Made by a program: the position numbers and the translations under genes
Notes under the pieces: model-generated
Told to the model about the DNA's origin: nothing
The model's input: the letters and a program-made list of their open reading frames with translations, nothing else
Database searches by the model: none
Assembly (NCBI GenBank): GCA_031459875.1
Contig: JAVKHQ010000003.1
Span: forward strand, 73,144-137,143
Reading direction: 5' to 3'
Origin: Candidatus Fervidifonticultor sextus
GTDB lineage: Bacteria; Sysuimicrobiota; Sysuimicrobiia; Sysuimicrobiales; Humicultoraceae
Length of the DNA stretch: 64,000 nt
Shown here: one piece after another, positions 1-8,523 of the stretch
Layout of the letters: the number at the start of each line of letters is the position of its first letter
Position numbering within the stretch: position 1 is the first letter of the stretch

Positions 1-1
1 C

Positions 2-430
2 ATCGTCCTGCGCAAGGCCGTCAATATCGGGATCGGCATCGCCGTCGACGAGGGGCTGCTGGTGCCGGTCATCCGCCACGCGGACCAACTGAGCCTGGCC
101 GGAGTGGCCCGGGCGCTCGACGACCTGACCAGCCGCAGCCGGGCCGGCACACTCACCCTCGAAGACGTCCAGGGCGGGACGTTCACCCTCACCAACCCCG
201 GGGTCTTCGGCTCGATCTGGTCCATGCCCATCATCGTGCCCGGGCAGGCTGCGATCCTGGCCACCGACGCCATCGTCCGGCGCGCGGTGGTCCGCGACGA
301 CGCCATCGCCATCCGGCCGATCATGCACCTGGGGCTTTCCTTCGACCACCGCGTCTTCGACGGGGCGGTGGCCATGCGCTTCCTCAACCACATGAAGGCC
401 TGGTTCGAGGGGTTCCGCGATGGCGATTGA
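2..430 (+). CDS. Dihydrolipoamide acyltransferase (E2) C-terminal catalytic domain; 5-prime truncated by the window edge
   Basis: The frame is open from base 2. The C-terminal motif HLGLSFDHRVFDG (DHRxxDG of 2-oxoacid dehydrogenase E2) is present, and lipoyl synthase follows immediately. Confidence 0.8.
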   Translation: MVLRKAVNIGIGIAVDEGLLVPVIRHADQLSLAGVARALDDLTSRSRAGTLTLEDVQGGTFTLTNPGVFGSIWSMPIIVPGQAAILATDAIVRRAVVRDDAIAIRPIMHLGLSFDHRVFDGAVAMRFLNHMKAWFEGFRDGD

Positions 431-1322
431 GATGCGGCGGCCGGAGTGGATCAAGGTCCGCCTCCCCGGCGGCCCCAACTACGCCGACCTCAAGGGCATC
501 ATGCGCACCCAGCAGATGCACACCGTCTGCGAGGAGGCGCGCTGCCCGAACATCGGTGAGTGCTGGGAGCGCCGGACCGCCACGTTCCTGATCCTGGGCA
601 ACGTGTGCACCCGGCACTGCCGGTACTGCGCCATCGCCCACGGCCTGCCCACGGAGGTGGATCTGGCCGAGCCCGCCCGCCTGGCGGACGCGGTGGTGGC
701 CATGGGGCTGCGCCACGCGGTCATCACGTCGGTCAACCGCGACGACCTGGCCGACGGCGGGGCTGGCATCTACGCCGAGACGATCCGCCAGATCCACCGC
801 CGACTGCCCTCGTGCACCGTGGAGGTGCTGATCCCCGACTTCAAGGGCGACCCTGACGCGCTGCGCACCGTCCTGGAGGCCAACCCCGAGATCCTGGCCC
901 ACAACATCGAGGCGCCGCGGCGGATCTTCAGGGTCGTGCGCCACGGCGGACACTACGACCGGTCCATCGAGGTGCTCCGCCGCGCCAAGGAGTGGGGGTA
1001 CACCTCGTTCACCAAGAGCGGGGTCATCGTGGGGATGGGGGAGACCACCGACGAACTGCTGGAGACGATGGACGACCTGCGGGCCGCAGACGTGGACGTC
1101 CTGACCCTGGGGCAGTACCTGCGCCCGGGCCCCGACTACCACCCGATCGCGCGGTACTACACCCCCGACGAGTTCGCCTGGCTGCGCCAGGAGGGCCTGC
1201 GCCGCGGCTTCAAGTACGTCGAGGCCGGCCCGCTGGTGCGCTCGTCGTACCGGGCCGACGTCCAGGCGCAGGCGGTGCGGGCCCACCGCGCGCGGTTCGG
1301 ACGGACGGCCGCGCCGGCCTAG
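420..1322 (+). CDS. lipA: Lipoyl synthase
   Basis: Radical-SAM CxxxCxxC (CTRHCRYC) plus the second LipA cysteine cluster CPNIGECW. The start overlaps the E2 stop. Confidence 0.95.
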   Translation: MAIEMRRPEWIKVRLPGGPNYADLKGIMRTQQMHTVCEEARCPNIGECWERRTATFLILGNVCTRHCRYCAIAHGLPTEVDLAEPARLADAVVAMGLRHAVITSVNRDDLADGGAGIYAETIRQIHRRLPSCTVEVLIPDFKGDPDALRTVLEANPEILAHNIEAPRRIFRVVRHGGHYDRSIEVLRRAKEWGYTSFTKSGVIVGMGETTDELLETMDDLRAADVDVLTLGQYLRPGPDYHPIARYYTPDEFAWLRQEGLRRGFKYVEAGPLVRSSYRADVQAQAVRAHRARFGRTAAPA

Positions 1323-2344
1323 GTCGGCCGGGGGACGGCCGCGCGCCCTTCCCTGCCCTTCTTTTCCATGATGGTCGAGGAGTGGCCCGGGAAGAGTGAG
1401 GCGTCGGGGCGGATGTACCTGGCCGCGTTGTTGACCGCGGTGGCGGCCTCGCCGAACCCGGTGGCGATGAGCTTGAGCTTGCCGGGATAGGTGACCACAT
1501 CGCCAGCCGCATAGACGCCCGGGAGGTTCGTGGCCATGGTCGTGTCGACGACAATGGCGTCCTCGTGGAGGACCAGGCCCCACTGGGCGATGGCGCCCAG
1601 GTGGCTGACCAGCCCCAGGAAGGCCAGGACCGCGTCCACCGCCACCACCTCTTCCTCGCGCGTCCGGGTGTTGACGATCACCGCCTCGCTGACGGCGGGC
1701 TCGCCCCGGAGGCTCTTGAGTTCGCAGAAGAGTTTCACGGTGACGGGGGAGGCCAGCAGTTTCTTCACGCTGTCCTCGTGCGCCCGGAACCCGTCCCGCC
1801 GGTGGACGAGGGTGATGTGGCGGGCGATCGGCGCCAGGTTGAGGGCCCAGTCCACCGCGGAATCCCCGCCGCCGACCACCAGCAGCGTCTTGTCCCGGAA
1901 GTCCTCCCTGCGCGAGACCGCATAGAACAACCCCCGGCCCTCGTAGCGGTCGATCTCGGGCCGCTGGTAGGTCTTGGGGGTGAAGGCGCCGATCCCGGCC
2001 GTGATCAGCACGGCCCGGGTGTGGTGTTCGCCGCTGGTGCCCACCAGCCTGATGGTGCGGTCGGCCAGGTGCTCGAACGAACGGATCTCCTCGCTGAGCA
2101 CGACGGCGGGCTCGTACTGCATCGCCTGCTCCACCAGGTTGGCCACCAGGTCCTTGCCCAGGATCCTGGGGAATCCGGCCACATCGTAGATGTACTTGTC
2201 GGGGTACAGGGCCGTGATCTGGCCCCCCAGGTCGGGCTGGCTGTCCACGATCTTGACCGACAGGCCCCGGAAGCCCGCGTAGTACGCGGCAAACAGTCCC
2301 GTCGGACCGCCACCGATGATGGTCACGTCGTAGGTGTGCTGCAC
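1319..2344 (-). CDS. Ferredoxin-NADP+ reductase, YumC / thioredoxin-reductase-like type
   Basis: TIIGGGPTGL FAD motif, GGGDSAVDWAL NAD(P) motif, and near-colinear similarity to Bacillus YumC. The likely start is GTG at 2344, preceded by GGAGAGG; the ORF-table ATG at 2392 adds 16 unconserved residues. Confidence 0.85.
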   Translation of the reverse strand: MQHTYDVTIIGGGPTGLFAAYYAGFRGLSVKIVDSQPDLGGQITALYPDKYIYDVAGFPRILGKDLVANLVEQAMQYEPAVVLSEEIRSFEHLADRTIRLVGTSGEHHTRAVLITAGIGAFTPKTYQRPEIDRYEGRGLFYAVSRREDFRDKTLLVVGGGDSAVDWALNLAPIARHITLVHRRDGFRAHEDSVKKLLASPVTVKLFCELKSLRGEPAVSEAVIVNTRTREEEVVAVDAVLAFLGLVSHLGAIAQWGLVLHEDAIVVDTTMATNLPGVYAAGDVVTYPGKLKLIATGFGEAATAVNNAARYIRPDASLFPGHSSTIMEKKGREGRAAVPRPT

Positions 2345-2399
2345 TCGACCTCTCCAGTCCGTAAAGTCACCTCGGGCGCCAGCGCATACCATCCACTAG

Positions 2400-2450
2400 C
2401 ATACCGTACTCCCTCTGTTTATTGACACGGCTGGCACCCCGTGGCATTGT
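2400..2450 (+). promoter_or_regulatory. Putative sigma-70-like promoter in the divergent intergenic region
   Basis: An AT-enriched patch with TTTATTGACA (-35-like), then a 17-nt spacer, then CATTGT, about 50 nt upstream of the MoeZ start. CATACC direct repeats lie upstream. Confidence 0.15.
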
Positions 2451-2498
2451 GGAATACGGTCGCCGCACGCGGCCTCTTGTCCTCACAGGGGGATGTTC

Positions 2499-3680
2499 AT
2501 GGCGGTTGGGACACGGCGCGCCATCGCGCCGTTGCTGTCGAAAGAGCAACTTGCACGCTACTCCCGGCAGGTCATCCTGGAAGACGTCGGCGTCGCCGGC
2601 CAGCGTCGGCTGCTGGAGAGCAAGGTGCTGGTGGTCGGGGCCGGCGGACTGGGCTCACCGTCCTCCCTCTACCTGGCGGCGGCCGGAGTCGGCACCCTGG
2701 GCATCGTGGACGGTGATCGGGTGGACCTCTCCAACCTGCACCGCCAGATCATCCACTTCACCCACGACATCGGCCGGCCCAAGACGCAGTCGGCACAGCG
2801 CACGCTGCAGGACATCAATCCCGACGTCACGGTGGTGCCCTACCAGACCACCCTGACCTCCGAGAACGCGCTGGAGATCATCGGGCCGTACGACGTCGTG
2901 GTCAACGGGTCCGACAACTTCCCCACCCGCTACCTCGTCAATGACGCCTGCGTGCTGCTGCAAAAGCCGCTGGTGGACGCCAGCATCCTCAAGTGGGAAG
3001 GGCAGGCCACCGTGTTCCTGCCCGGCCGCGGTTGCTACCGGTGCCTGTTCCCCACCCCGCCGCCGCCCGGTACCGTCCCCTCGTGCGCGGAAGGGGGCAT
3101 CATCGGCGCGGTGGCCGGCTACATGGGGTCGCTCCAGGCCATCGAGACGGTGAAGATCCTGCTCGGCGTCGGGGAGACGCTGGCGAACCGGCTGTTGCTC
3201 TACGATGCGGCCTCCGGCGAGGTCCGCACGCTGCGGTGGCAGCGGAACCCCGACTGCCCGGCCTGCGGCGACCATCCGACGATCACCGCCCTGGTTGACT
3301 ACGAGGCCTTCTGCGGTCTGCCCGGCCGCACCCATGCGCCGGCGCCTGAGGAGGGCGCGATCCCTGAGGTGGATGCCGAAGAGGCCCGGCAGATGGTCGA
3401 AGCCGGGGCCCAGCTCATTGACGTGCGCGAGCCCTGGGAGTGGGCGCTCGCGCACATTCCCGGCGCGACCCTGATCCCCATGGGCGAGGTGACGGCGCGG
3501 CTCTCGGAGATCGACCCGAACCGGCCCGCGGTCGTGCACTGCGCCGTGGGCGCCCGCAGCGCCAAAGTGGTGGAAGCCCTCCGCCAGGCCGGGTACACCA
3601 AGGCCGTCAACCTGGCCGGCGGCATCGTGGAGTGGACGAACCGCCAGTTCCCCACGGAGAGTGGCGACGGTCGAGGGTAG
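2499..3680 (+). CDS. moeZ: MoeB/ThiF-family adenylyltransferase with C-terminal rhodanese domain (MoeZ-type sulfur-carrier activating enzyme)
   Basis: GAGGLGSP nucleotide motif, CxxC pairs (CYRC, CPAC) and a C-terminal rhodanese with active Cys (VVHCAVGARS). The second ATG at 2499 has GGGGG six nt upstream; the first ATG at 2493 has no spacer. Confidence 0.85.
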   Translation: MAVGTRRAIAPLLSKEQLARYSRQVILEDVGVAGQRRLLESKVLVVGAGGLGSPSSLYLAAAGVGTLGIVDGDRVDLSNLHRQIIHFTHDIGRPKTQSAQRTLQDINPDVTVVPYQTTLTSENALEIIGPYDVVVNGSDNFPTRYLVNDACVLLQKPLVDASILKWEGQATVFLPGRGCYRCLFPTPPPPGTVPSCAEGGIIGAVAGYMGSLQAIETVKILLGVGETLANRLLLYDAASGEVRTLRWQRNPDCPACGDHPTITALVDYEAFCGLPGRTHAPAPEEGAIPEVDAEEARQMVEAGAQLIDVREPWEWALAHIPGATLIPMGEVTARLSEIDPNRPAVVHCAVGARSAKVVEALRQAGYTKAVNLAGGIVEWTNRQFPTESGDGRG

Positions 3681-3702
3681 GACGACGGTAGCCACCGGCG
3701 TC

Positions 3703-4737
3703 ATGCGGCAGGCCGTGCTGCGCGGGCCGCGGGCGCTGGAGCTCGTGGAGACACCGATCCCGCAGCCGCGGCCGGGGGAGGTGGTGGTCCGCATCCGCGC
3801 CGCCCTCACCTGCGGTACGGACCTGAAGACCTACCGGCGCGGCCATCCCCGGATTGCCTTCGGTCCGTTCGGCCACGAGGCGTCGGGGGACGTCGCCAGC
3901 CTCGGCGACGGCGTGGACGGTCTGTCGGTGGGTCAGCCGGTGGCGTTCGTCCCCACGGCCGGCTGCGGTCAGTGCGGGGACTGCCGGCGCGGCCGCAGCA
4001 ACCTCTGTCAGAGCCTCTTCGACGACATCGCCCTGGGAGCCTACGGCGACTTCCTCCGCCTGCCGTCCCGCGTCGTCCGCCAGCACCTCTTCCCCAAGCC
4101 GGCGCACCTCTCGTACCTGGAAGCCGCATTCCTGGAGCCGCTGGCCTGTGTCGTCCACGGCTGGTCCAGGCTCGGGCCCATGGAGCGGGGCCTGGTGGCG
4201 GTGGTGGGGCTGGGCCCGATTGGCCTGCTGCACGTCTACGAGGCCCGGCGCCGCGGCCTGCAGGTCATCGCGGTCGGGCGTCGCCCCGGCGGCCTGGCCC
4301 TGGCGCGACGGGCAGGTGCCCACCAGGTGGTCGACGCCACCGAGGGCGACATGGCGCGGATGCTCCATGCGCTCGGCGGCCAGGAGCCGGACGTGGTGAT
4401 CGAGTGCACCGGGACCGCAGACGTCTGGCGGTCGGCCCCCCACTGGGTGGCGCCCGGCGGCCGCGTCCTCCTGTTCGGCGGTCTGGCCGCGGGCACCGAA
4501 CCGGCCTTCGACGCGACGCGCTTGCACTACAGCGAAGTGGACCTGATCAGCGCCTTCCACTACCGGACGCCCGATGTGCACGAAGCGCTCCACCTGCTGG
4601 ACAGCGGTGCGATCAGGCCCGCCGACCTCATCACCGGGCTGCGGTCGCTGGACGGTATCCGCGAGGTCTTCAGCGACCTCGACCGGGGAACCGGCCTGAA
4701 GTACGCGGTCCTGCCGGACGGCGAGGCATGGCGGTAG
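3703..4737 (+). CDS. Zn-dependent alcohol dehydrogenase (MDR family, threonine/sorbitol dehydrogenase-like)
   Basis: GHEASG catalytic Zn motif, structural Zn cysteines GCGQCGDCRRGRSNLC and GLGPIG Rossmann motif. Internal ATG chosen as start (MRQAVL...). Confidence 0.8.
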   Translation: MRQAVLRGPRALELVETPIPQPRPGEVVVRIRAALTCGTDLKTYRRGHPRIAFGPFGHEASGDVASLGDGVDGLSVGQPVAFVPTAGCGQCGDCRRGRSNLCQSLFDDIALGAYGDFLRLPSRVVRQHLFPKPAHLSYLEAAFLEPLACVVHGWSRLGPMERGLVAVVGLGPIGLLHVYEARRRGLQVIAVGRRPGGLALARRAGAHQVVDATEGDMARMLHALGGQEPDVVIECTGTADVWRSAPHWVAPGGRVLLFGGLAAGTEPAFDATRLHYSEVDLISAFHYRTPDVHEALHLLDSGAIRPADLITGLRSLDGIREVFSDLDRGTGLKYAVLPDGEAWR

Positions 4738-5765
4738 TCCGGCCGGCGGTCGCCCGCACCGTCGTCCTTCACGCACCCGGGGACCTGCGGCTGGAAGAGG
4801 TGCCGCTGCCCTCGCCGGGGCCCGGCGAGGTGTTGCTGCGGATCGCCGCGTGCGGGCTCTGCCCGGGCGAGGTCATGGACTGGTACATGGCCCGCAAGGC
4901 GCCGGTGCCGCTGGGCCACGAGGCCGTCGGCCGGGTCGTCGAGGCCGGGGAAGGCGCGGAGTACCATCCGGGCGAACGCATCTTCGTCCACCACCACGCA
5001 CCCTGTCTGGTGTGTCGGACGTGCCGCCGAGGCCATCACGTCCACTGCCGCACGTGGCGGGCGCGGAGGCTGCTGCCCGGAGGCCTGGCGACCTTTGCGG
5101 TGGCGCAGGCGCCTGCGGTCGCGGCGGACACGCTGCGGCTGCCCGACGGGCTCTCCGATGAGGCGGCCACGTTCATCGAGCCGCTGGCGTGCGTGGTGAA
5201 GTCCCTCCGCCGCGCACGCCTTCGCCCGGGCGACCGCGTCCTGGTGGTGGGGGCCGGCGTCATGGGCCTGCTGCACCTGATGGCCCTGCGCCGGGTCGCC
5301 CGTCCCGCGGTGGTGATTGCCGCCGACCGCATTCCTGCGCGCCTTGAGGTGGCCGCGCGGCACGCTGACCTCGTGGTGGACACGGGGCGGCGGCCGCTGG
5401 CAGACGCCGTGCGTGAGGCGACCGATGGCGACGGGGCGGATGTGGCCATCGTGGGTCCGGGCACGTTCGAGGCGCTGGAGGCCGCGTTTGGCGCCCTGGC
5501 GCCAGGAGGCACGCTGGTGGTCTTCACACCCACGCCCCCGGAGAGGCCCTGGCCGTTGCCGGTCCACGACCTGTTCTTCAGGGAAGTGAGCATCGTCCCC
5601 AGCTATTCATCAGGCCCCCCACAGACGCGCGAGGCCCTCGGCCTGCTGGCCGATGGGCTCCCGGTGGAGGGGTTGATCACCCACCGCCTCCCTCTCGCGG
5701 AGACGTCCGTGGGGTACGAACTCATCCGCGCCGGGTCCGCGCTGAAGGTGGTGGTCGTGCCGTGA
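4728..5765 (+). CDS. Zn-dependent alcohol dehydrogenase (MDR family), tandem paralog
   Basis: GHEAVG, CLVCRTCRRGHHVHC, GAGVMG. It sits in the 3-prime part of the long ORF 3972..5765; the upstream part of that ORF is an out-of-frame overlap of the previous gene. It overlaps the previous stop by 10 nt. Confidence 0.8.
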   Translation: MAVVRPAVARTVVLHAPGDLRLEEVPLPSPGPGEVLLRIAACGLCPGEVMDWYMARKAPVPLGHEAVGRVVEAGEGAEYHPGERIFVHHHAPCLVCRTCRRGHHVHCRTWRARRLLPGGLATFAVAQAPAVAADTLRLPDGLSDEAATFIEPLACVVKSLRRARLRPGDRVLVVGAGVMGLLHLMALRRVARPAVVIAADRIPARLEVAARHADLVVDTGRRPLADAVREATDGDGADVAIVGPGTFEALEAAFGALAPGGTLVVFTPTPPERPWPLPVHDLFFREVSIVPSYSSGPPQTREALGLLADGLPVEGLITHRLPLAETSVGYELIRAGSALKVVVVP

Positions 5766-6259
5766 CGGCGCAGCGCGGGCCGACGGTCGTCCGGTTCGAC
5801 CCCGAACACTTCCGGTGGGCCGGCATCCCCCCGAAGCCCTACCGGTCACATCCCGACGGCGGGCTTGCCTGGAAGGGCGTGGAACGGTTCGTGCTGGTCG
5901 GCGCCGCCGGCGAGCCGACGGCATTCCACCTTCGCTACTTCGAGATCGCCCCCGGCGGATACTCGTCGTGGGAGCGGCACCGGCACGCCCACGCCGTCCT
6001 GGTGGTCCGGGGCCGCGGTCGGGTGCGGCTCGGGAAGGCGGTCTTCCGCGTGCGCCCCATGGACTTCATCTACATCCCCGCCGAGGTCCCCCATCAGTTC
6101 ATCGCGGGCCGCCAGCCGTTCGGCTTCCTCTGCCCCGTGGACGCGGTGCGCGATCGGCCCCGGCCGGCTTCCCGCCCGGTCGCAAGGCCCCACAGCCGGC
6201 GGAGCCCCGGGCGCCGCACCGCCAGGCAGCCGGCAGCGCTTGCGCCCGCGGGGGCCTGA
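5762..6259 (+). CDS. Cupin-domain protein
   Basis: Cupin_2-like core (HRHAHAVLVVRGRGRV...FIYIPAEVPHQF). GTG start in a GTGA overlap with the upstream stop. Low-complexity C-terminal tail. Confidence 0.6.
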   Translation: MTAQRGPTVVRFDPEHFRWAGIPPKPYRSHPDGGLAWKGVERFVLVGAAGEPTAFHLRYFEIAPGGYSSWERHRHAHAVLVVRGRGRVRLGKAVFRVRPMDFIYIPAEVPHQFIAGRQPFGFLCPVDAVRDRPRPASRPVARPHSRRSPGRRTARQPAALAPAGA

Positions 6260-6305
6260 GGCTACAATTTGAGAAGGACGTTACTCAAGAATCCCGGAGA
6301 CGCGC

Positions 6306-6677
6306 ATGATTACCATCACCCCGCAGGCCGCGGCCAAACTCTCGGAGATCCTCAAGCAGCAGGACGATCCTGCGGCCCGGCTCCGGCTGTTCATCGCCAA
6401 GGGCGGCTGCCACGGGTACACCTACGGGATGGCGTTTGATGCCGAACGGCGTGAAGGGGACCAGGTGCTCGCCCAGCACGGGGTGGAACTGGTCGTCGAC
6501 CCGGTGAGCCTGCGGCTGCTGGCCGGTGCGCAGATCGACTACGTGACGTCGGTGACGGGCGAAGGGTTTGCGGTCCGCAACCCCAACGCCGTGGAGACCT
6601 GCGGGTGCGGGCACTCGTTCCAGACCGCCGAGGGCGACGGCGAGCCCGATCCGTGCGAGGACGCTACGTCGAAGTGA
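6306..6677 (+). CDS. Iron-sulfur cluster assembly accessory protein (HesB/IscA/SufA family)
   Basis: Conserved cysteines: CHGYTYG and the C-terminal CGCGHSF signature. Confidence 0.85.
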   Translation: MITITPQAAAKLSEILKQQDDPAARLRLFIAKGGCHGYTYGMAFDAERREGDQVLAQHGVELVVDPVSLRLLAGAQIDYVTSVTGEGFAVRNPNAVETCGCGHSFQTAEGDGEPDPCEDATSK

Positions 6678-6688
6678 AGGAGGCGGCG

Positions 6689-6952
6689 ATGACGGACCAG
6701 GTGCAGGTCCAGGATCCCGACGCCGGCCTGCGCGAGCGGGTCGAGAAGGTGCTGGATACGATCCGTCCCTACGTGCAGGGCGACGGGGGCGACATCGAAC
6801 TGCTCGACGTGACCGACGGCATCGTGCAGCTCCGCCTGGCCGGTGCCTGCGTGGGGTGCATGCACTCCATGATGACGCTGCAGGCGGGGATCGAGCGGAT
6901 GTTGAAACAGGAAATTCCGGAGATCCGCGTAGTGGAGGCGGTCCCCTTCTAG
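6689..6952 (+). CDS. NifU-like (Nfu) Fe-S cluster carrier domain protein
   Basis: CVGC motif in the Nfu fold (LRLAGACVGCMHS). Strong RBS GAAGGAGG before the internal ATG at 6689. Confidence 0.8.
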   Translation: MTDQVQVQDPDAGLRERVEKVLDTIRPYVQGDGGDIELLDVTDGIVQLRLAGACVGCMHSMMTLQAGIERMLKQEIPEIRVVEAVPF

Positions 6953-6973
6953 CGCGTTGCGGAGGTCAACGCC

Positions 6974-7007
6974 GGGGCCCCCGTGCCACGCACGCGGGGC
7001 CTTTCTT
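6974..7007 (+). terminator. Putative rho-independent terminator after the IscA-Nfu pair
   Basis: GC-rich imperfect hairpin (GGGGCCCCCGTG ... CACGCGGGGCC) followed by TTTCTT. Confidence 0.35.
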
Positions 7008-7033
7008 GTGGGACGCACGGGGTTGACGGTGCC

Positions 7034-8500
7034 ATGGCCACCCAGATGCAGTGGACCCGAATCCTCAGGAAGATCGACGACTACCGGTGGGAGGTCCCGG
7101 CCTCCTACAAGCCCGGCATGCGCGTGCCGGGCCTGATCTTCGCCGACGAGCGCATGCTGCGCACGATGGGCGAGGAGCAGGCGTTCGAGCAGGTGGCGAA
7201 TGTGGCGACGTTGCCGGGCATCGTGGGCCGCTCCCTGGCCATGCCCGACATCCACTGGGGGTATGGGTTTCCGGTGGGCGGGGTGGCCGCGTTCGACGTG
7301 GAGGAGGGGATCATCTCGCCGGGCGGTGTGGGCTACGACATCAACTGCGGCGTCCGCCTGATCCGCACCGACCTGACCGAGGCTGACGTCCGCCCGAAAC
7401 TGGAAGAACTGGTCAACGTCCTCTTCCGCACCGTGCCCTCAGGCGTGGGGATGGGCGGGCAGGTCAAGGTCAGCATGCAGGAGATCGACGAGGTCCTCCG
7501 CAGCGGCGCGCGGTGGGCGGTGGGCAGGGGCTACGGCCACCCCGACGACCTGGAGGTCATCGAAGCCGGGGGGGCGCTGCCCGGCGCCGACCCCGAGGCC
7601 GTCAGCCAGAACGCCAAGCAGCGCGGCCGCGGGCAGATCGGCACGCTGGGGTCGGGCAACCACTTCCTGGAGGTCCAGATCGTCGACCAGATCTTCGACG
7701 AAGGGACCGCTCGGGCGCTCGGCGTCTGGGGTCCGGGACAGGTCGTCGTCTTCATCCACACCGGCTCGCGCGGGCTCGGCCATCAGGTGTGCACCGACTA
7801 CCTGCGCACCAGTGAGCGCGTCGCCCGCCAGCACGGCATCCACCTGGTGGATCGGCAGCTGGCCTGCATGCCGTTCTCCTCGCCGGAGGGGCAGCGCTAC
7901 TTCGGCGCCATGTGCGCGGCGGCGAACTTCGCCTTCGCCAACCGGCAGCTCATCACCCACTGGGTGCGGGAGAGTTTCGAGCGGGTGTTCGGGAAGTCGT
8001 GGGAACAGTTGGGCATCCGGCTGGTCTACGACGTCGCACACAACATCGGGAAGGTCGAGGAGTACGAGGTGGACGGGCAGCGGCGCCGGCTGTGCGTGCA
8101 CCGCAAGGGCGCCACGCGTGCCTTCCCGCCCGGGCACCCGGAGGTGCCGACCCGCTACCGCCGGGTCGGCCAGCCGGTCCTGATCCCCGGCGACATGGGC
8201 CGGTACTCGTTCCTCCTGGTGGGCGCCGACGGCGCGATGCGCGAGGCGTTCGGCTCGACCTGCCACGGAGCCGGCCGCGTGCTCGGGCGCAAGGCGGCGG
8301 TGCGGCAACTGGCCGGCCGCGACATCGCCGAAGAACTGCGGGCGGCCGGGATCATCGTGCGGGCGCAGGATCGGGGCCTGCTCGCCGAAGAGGCATCCGC
8401 CGCCTACAAGGACGTGGCCGACGTGGTGGCCATCTGCCACGCGGCGGGGCTGTCCCGGCGCGTGGCCCGCATGCGCCCCATCGGCGTCGTCAAGGGATAG
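7034..8500 (+). CDS. rtcB: RNA-splicing ligase RtcB
   Basis: RtcB hallmarks: N-terminal DIHWGYGFPVGG, GSGNHF, and a histidine-rich metal site. The start at MATQMQ matches archaeal and bacterial RtcB N-termini and lies downstream of the putative terminator. Confidence 0.9.
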   Translation: MATQMQWTRILRKIDDYRWEVPASYKPGMRVPGLIFADERMLRTMGEEQAFEQVANVATLPGIVGRSLAMPDIHWGYGFPVGGVAAFDVEEGIISPGGVGYDINCGVRLIRTDLTEADVRPKLEELVNVLFRTVPSGVGMGGQVKVSMQEIDEVLRSGARWAVGRGYGHPDDLEVIEAGGALPGADPEAVSQNAKQRGRGQIGTLGSGNHFLEVQIVDQIFDEGTARALGVWGPGQVVVFIHTGSRGLGHQVCTDYLRTSERVARQHGIHLVDRQLACMPFSSPEGQRYFGAMCAAANFAFANRQLITHWVRESFERVFGKSWEQLGIRLVYDVAHNIGKVEEYEVDGQRRRLCVHRKGATRAFPPGHPEVPTRYRRVGQPVLIPGDMGRYSFLLVGADGAMREAFGSTCHGAGRVLGRKAAVRQLAGRDIAEELRAAGIIVRAQDRGLLAEEASAAYKDVADVVAICHAAGLSRRVARMRPIGVVKG

Positions 8501-8523
8501 CATGTCGGGAGAGACGAGGAGCT

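Noticed and set aside
384-1583. 399-aa minus-strand ORF antisense to lipA, and many similar long antisense or out-of-frame ORFs (for example 33632..35473, 39820..41532, 48235..50190, 51033..53204, 60505..62040, 61993..63627)
   Set aside because: Arg/Pro/Gly/Ala-dominated composition typical of non-coding frames in 70% GC DNA. Each overlaps a gene with clear conserved motifs on the other strand or frame.
3972-4727. 5-prime 252 codons of the 597-aa ORF 3972..5765
   Set aside because: Out-of-frame overlap of the upstream alcohol dehydrogenase. Conserved ADH motifs begin only after the internal ATG at 4728.
6260-6305. TACAAT hexamer upstream of iscA as a possible -10 element
   Set aside because: No convincing -35 at the right spacing and too close to the start codon to judge. 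Mentioned only as a weak possibility.
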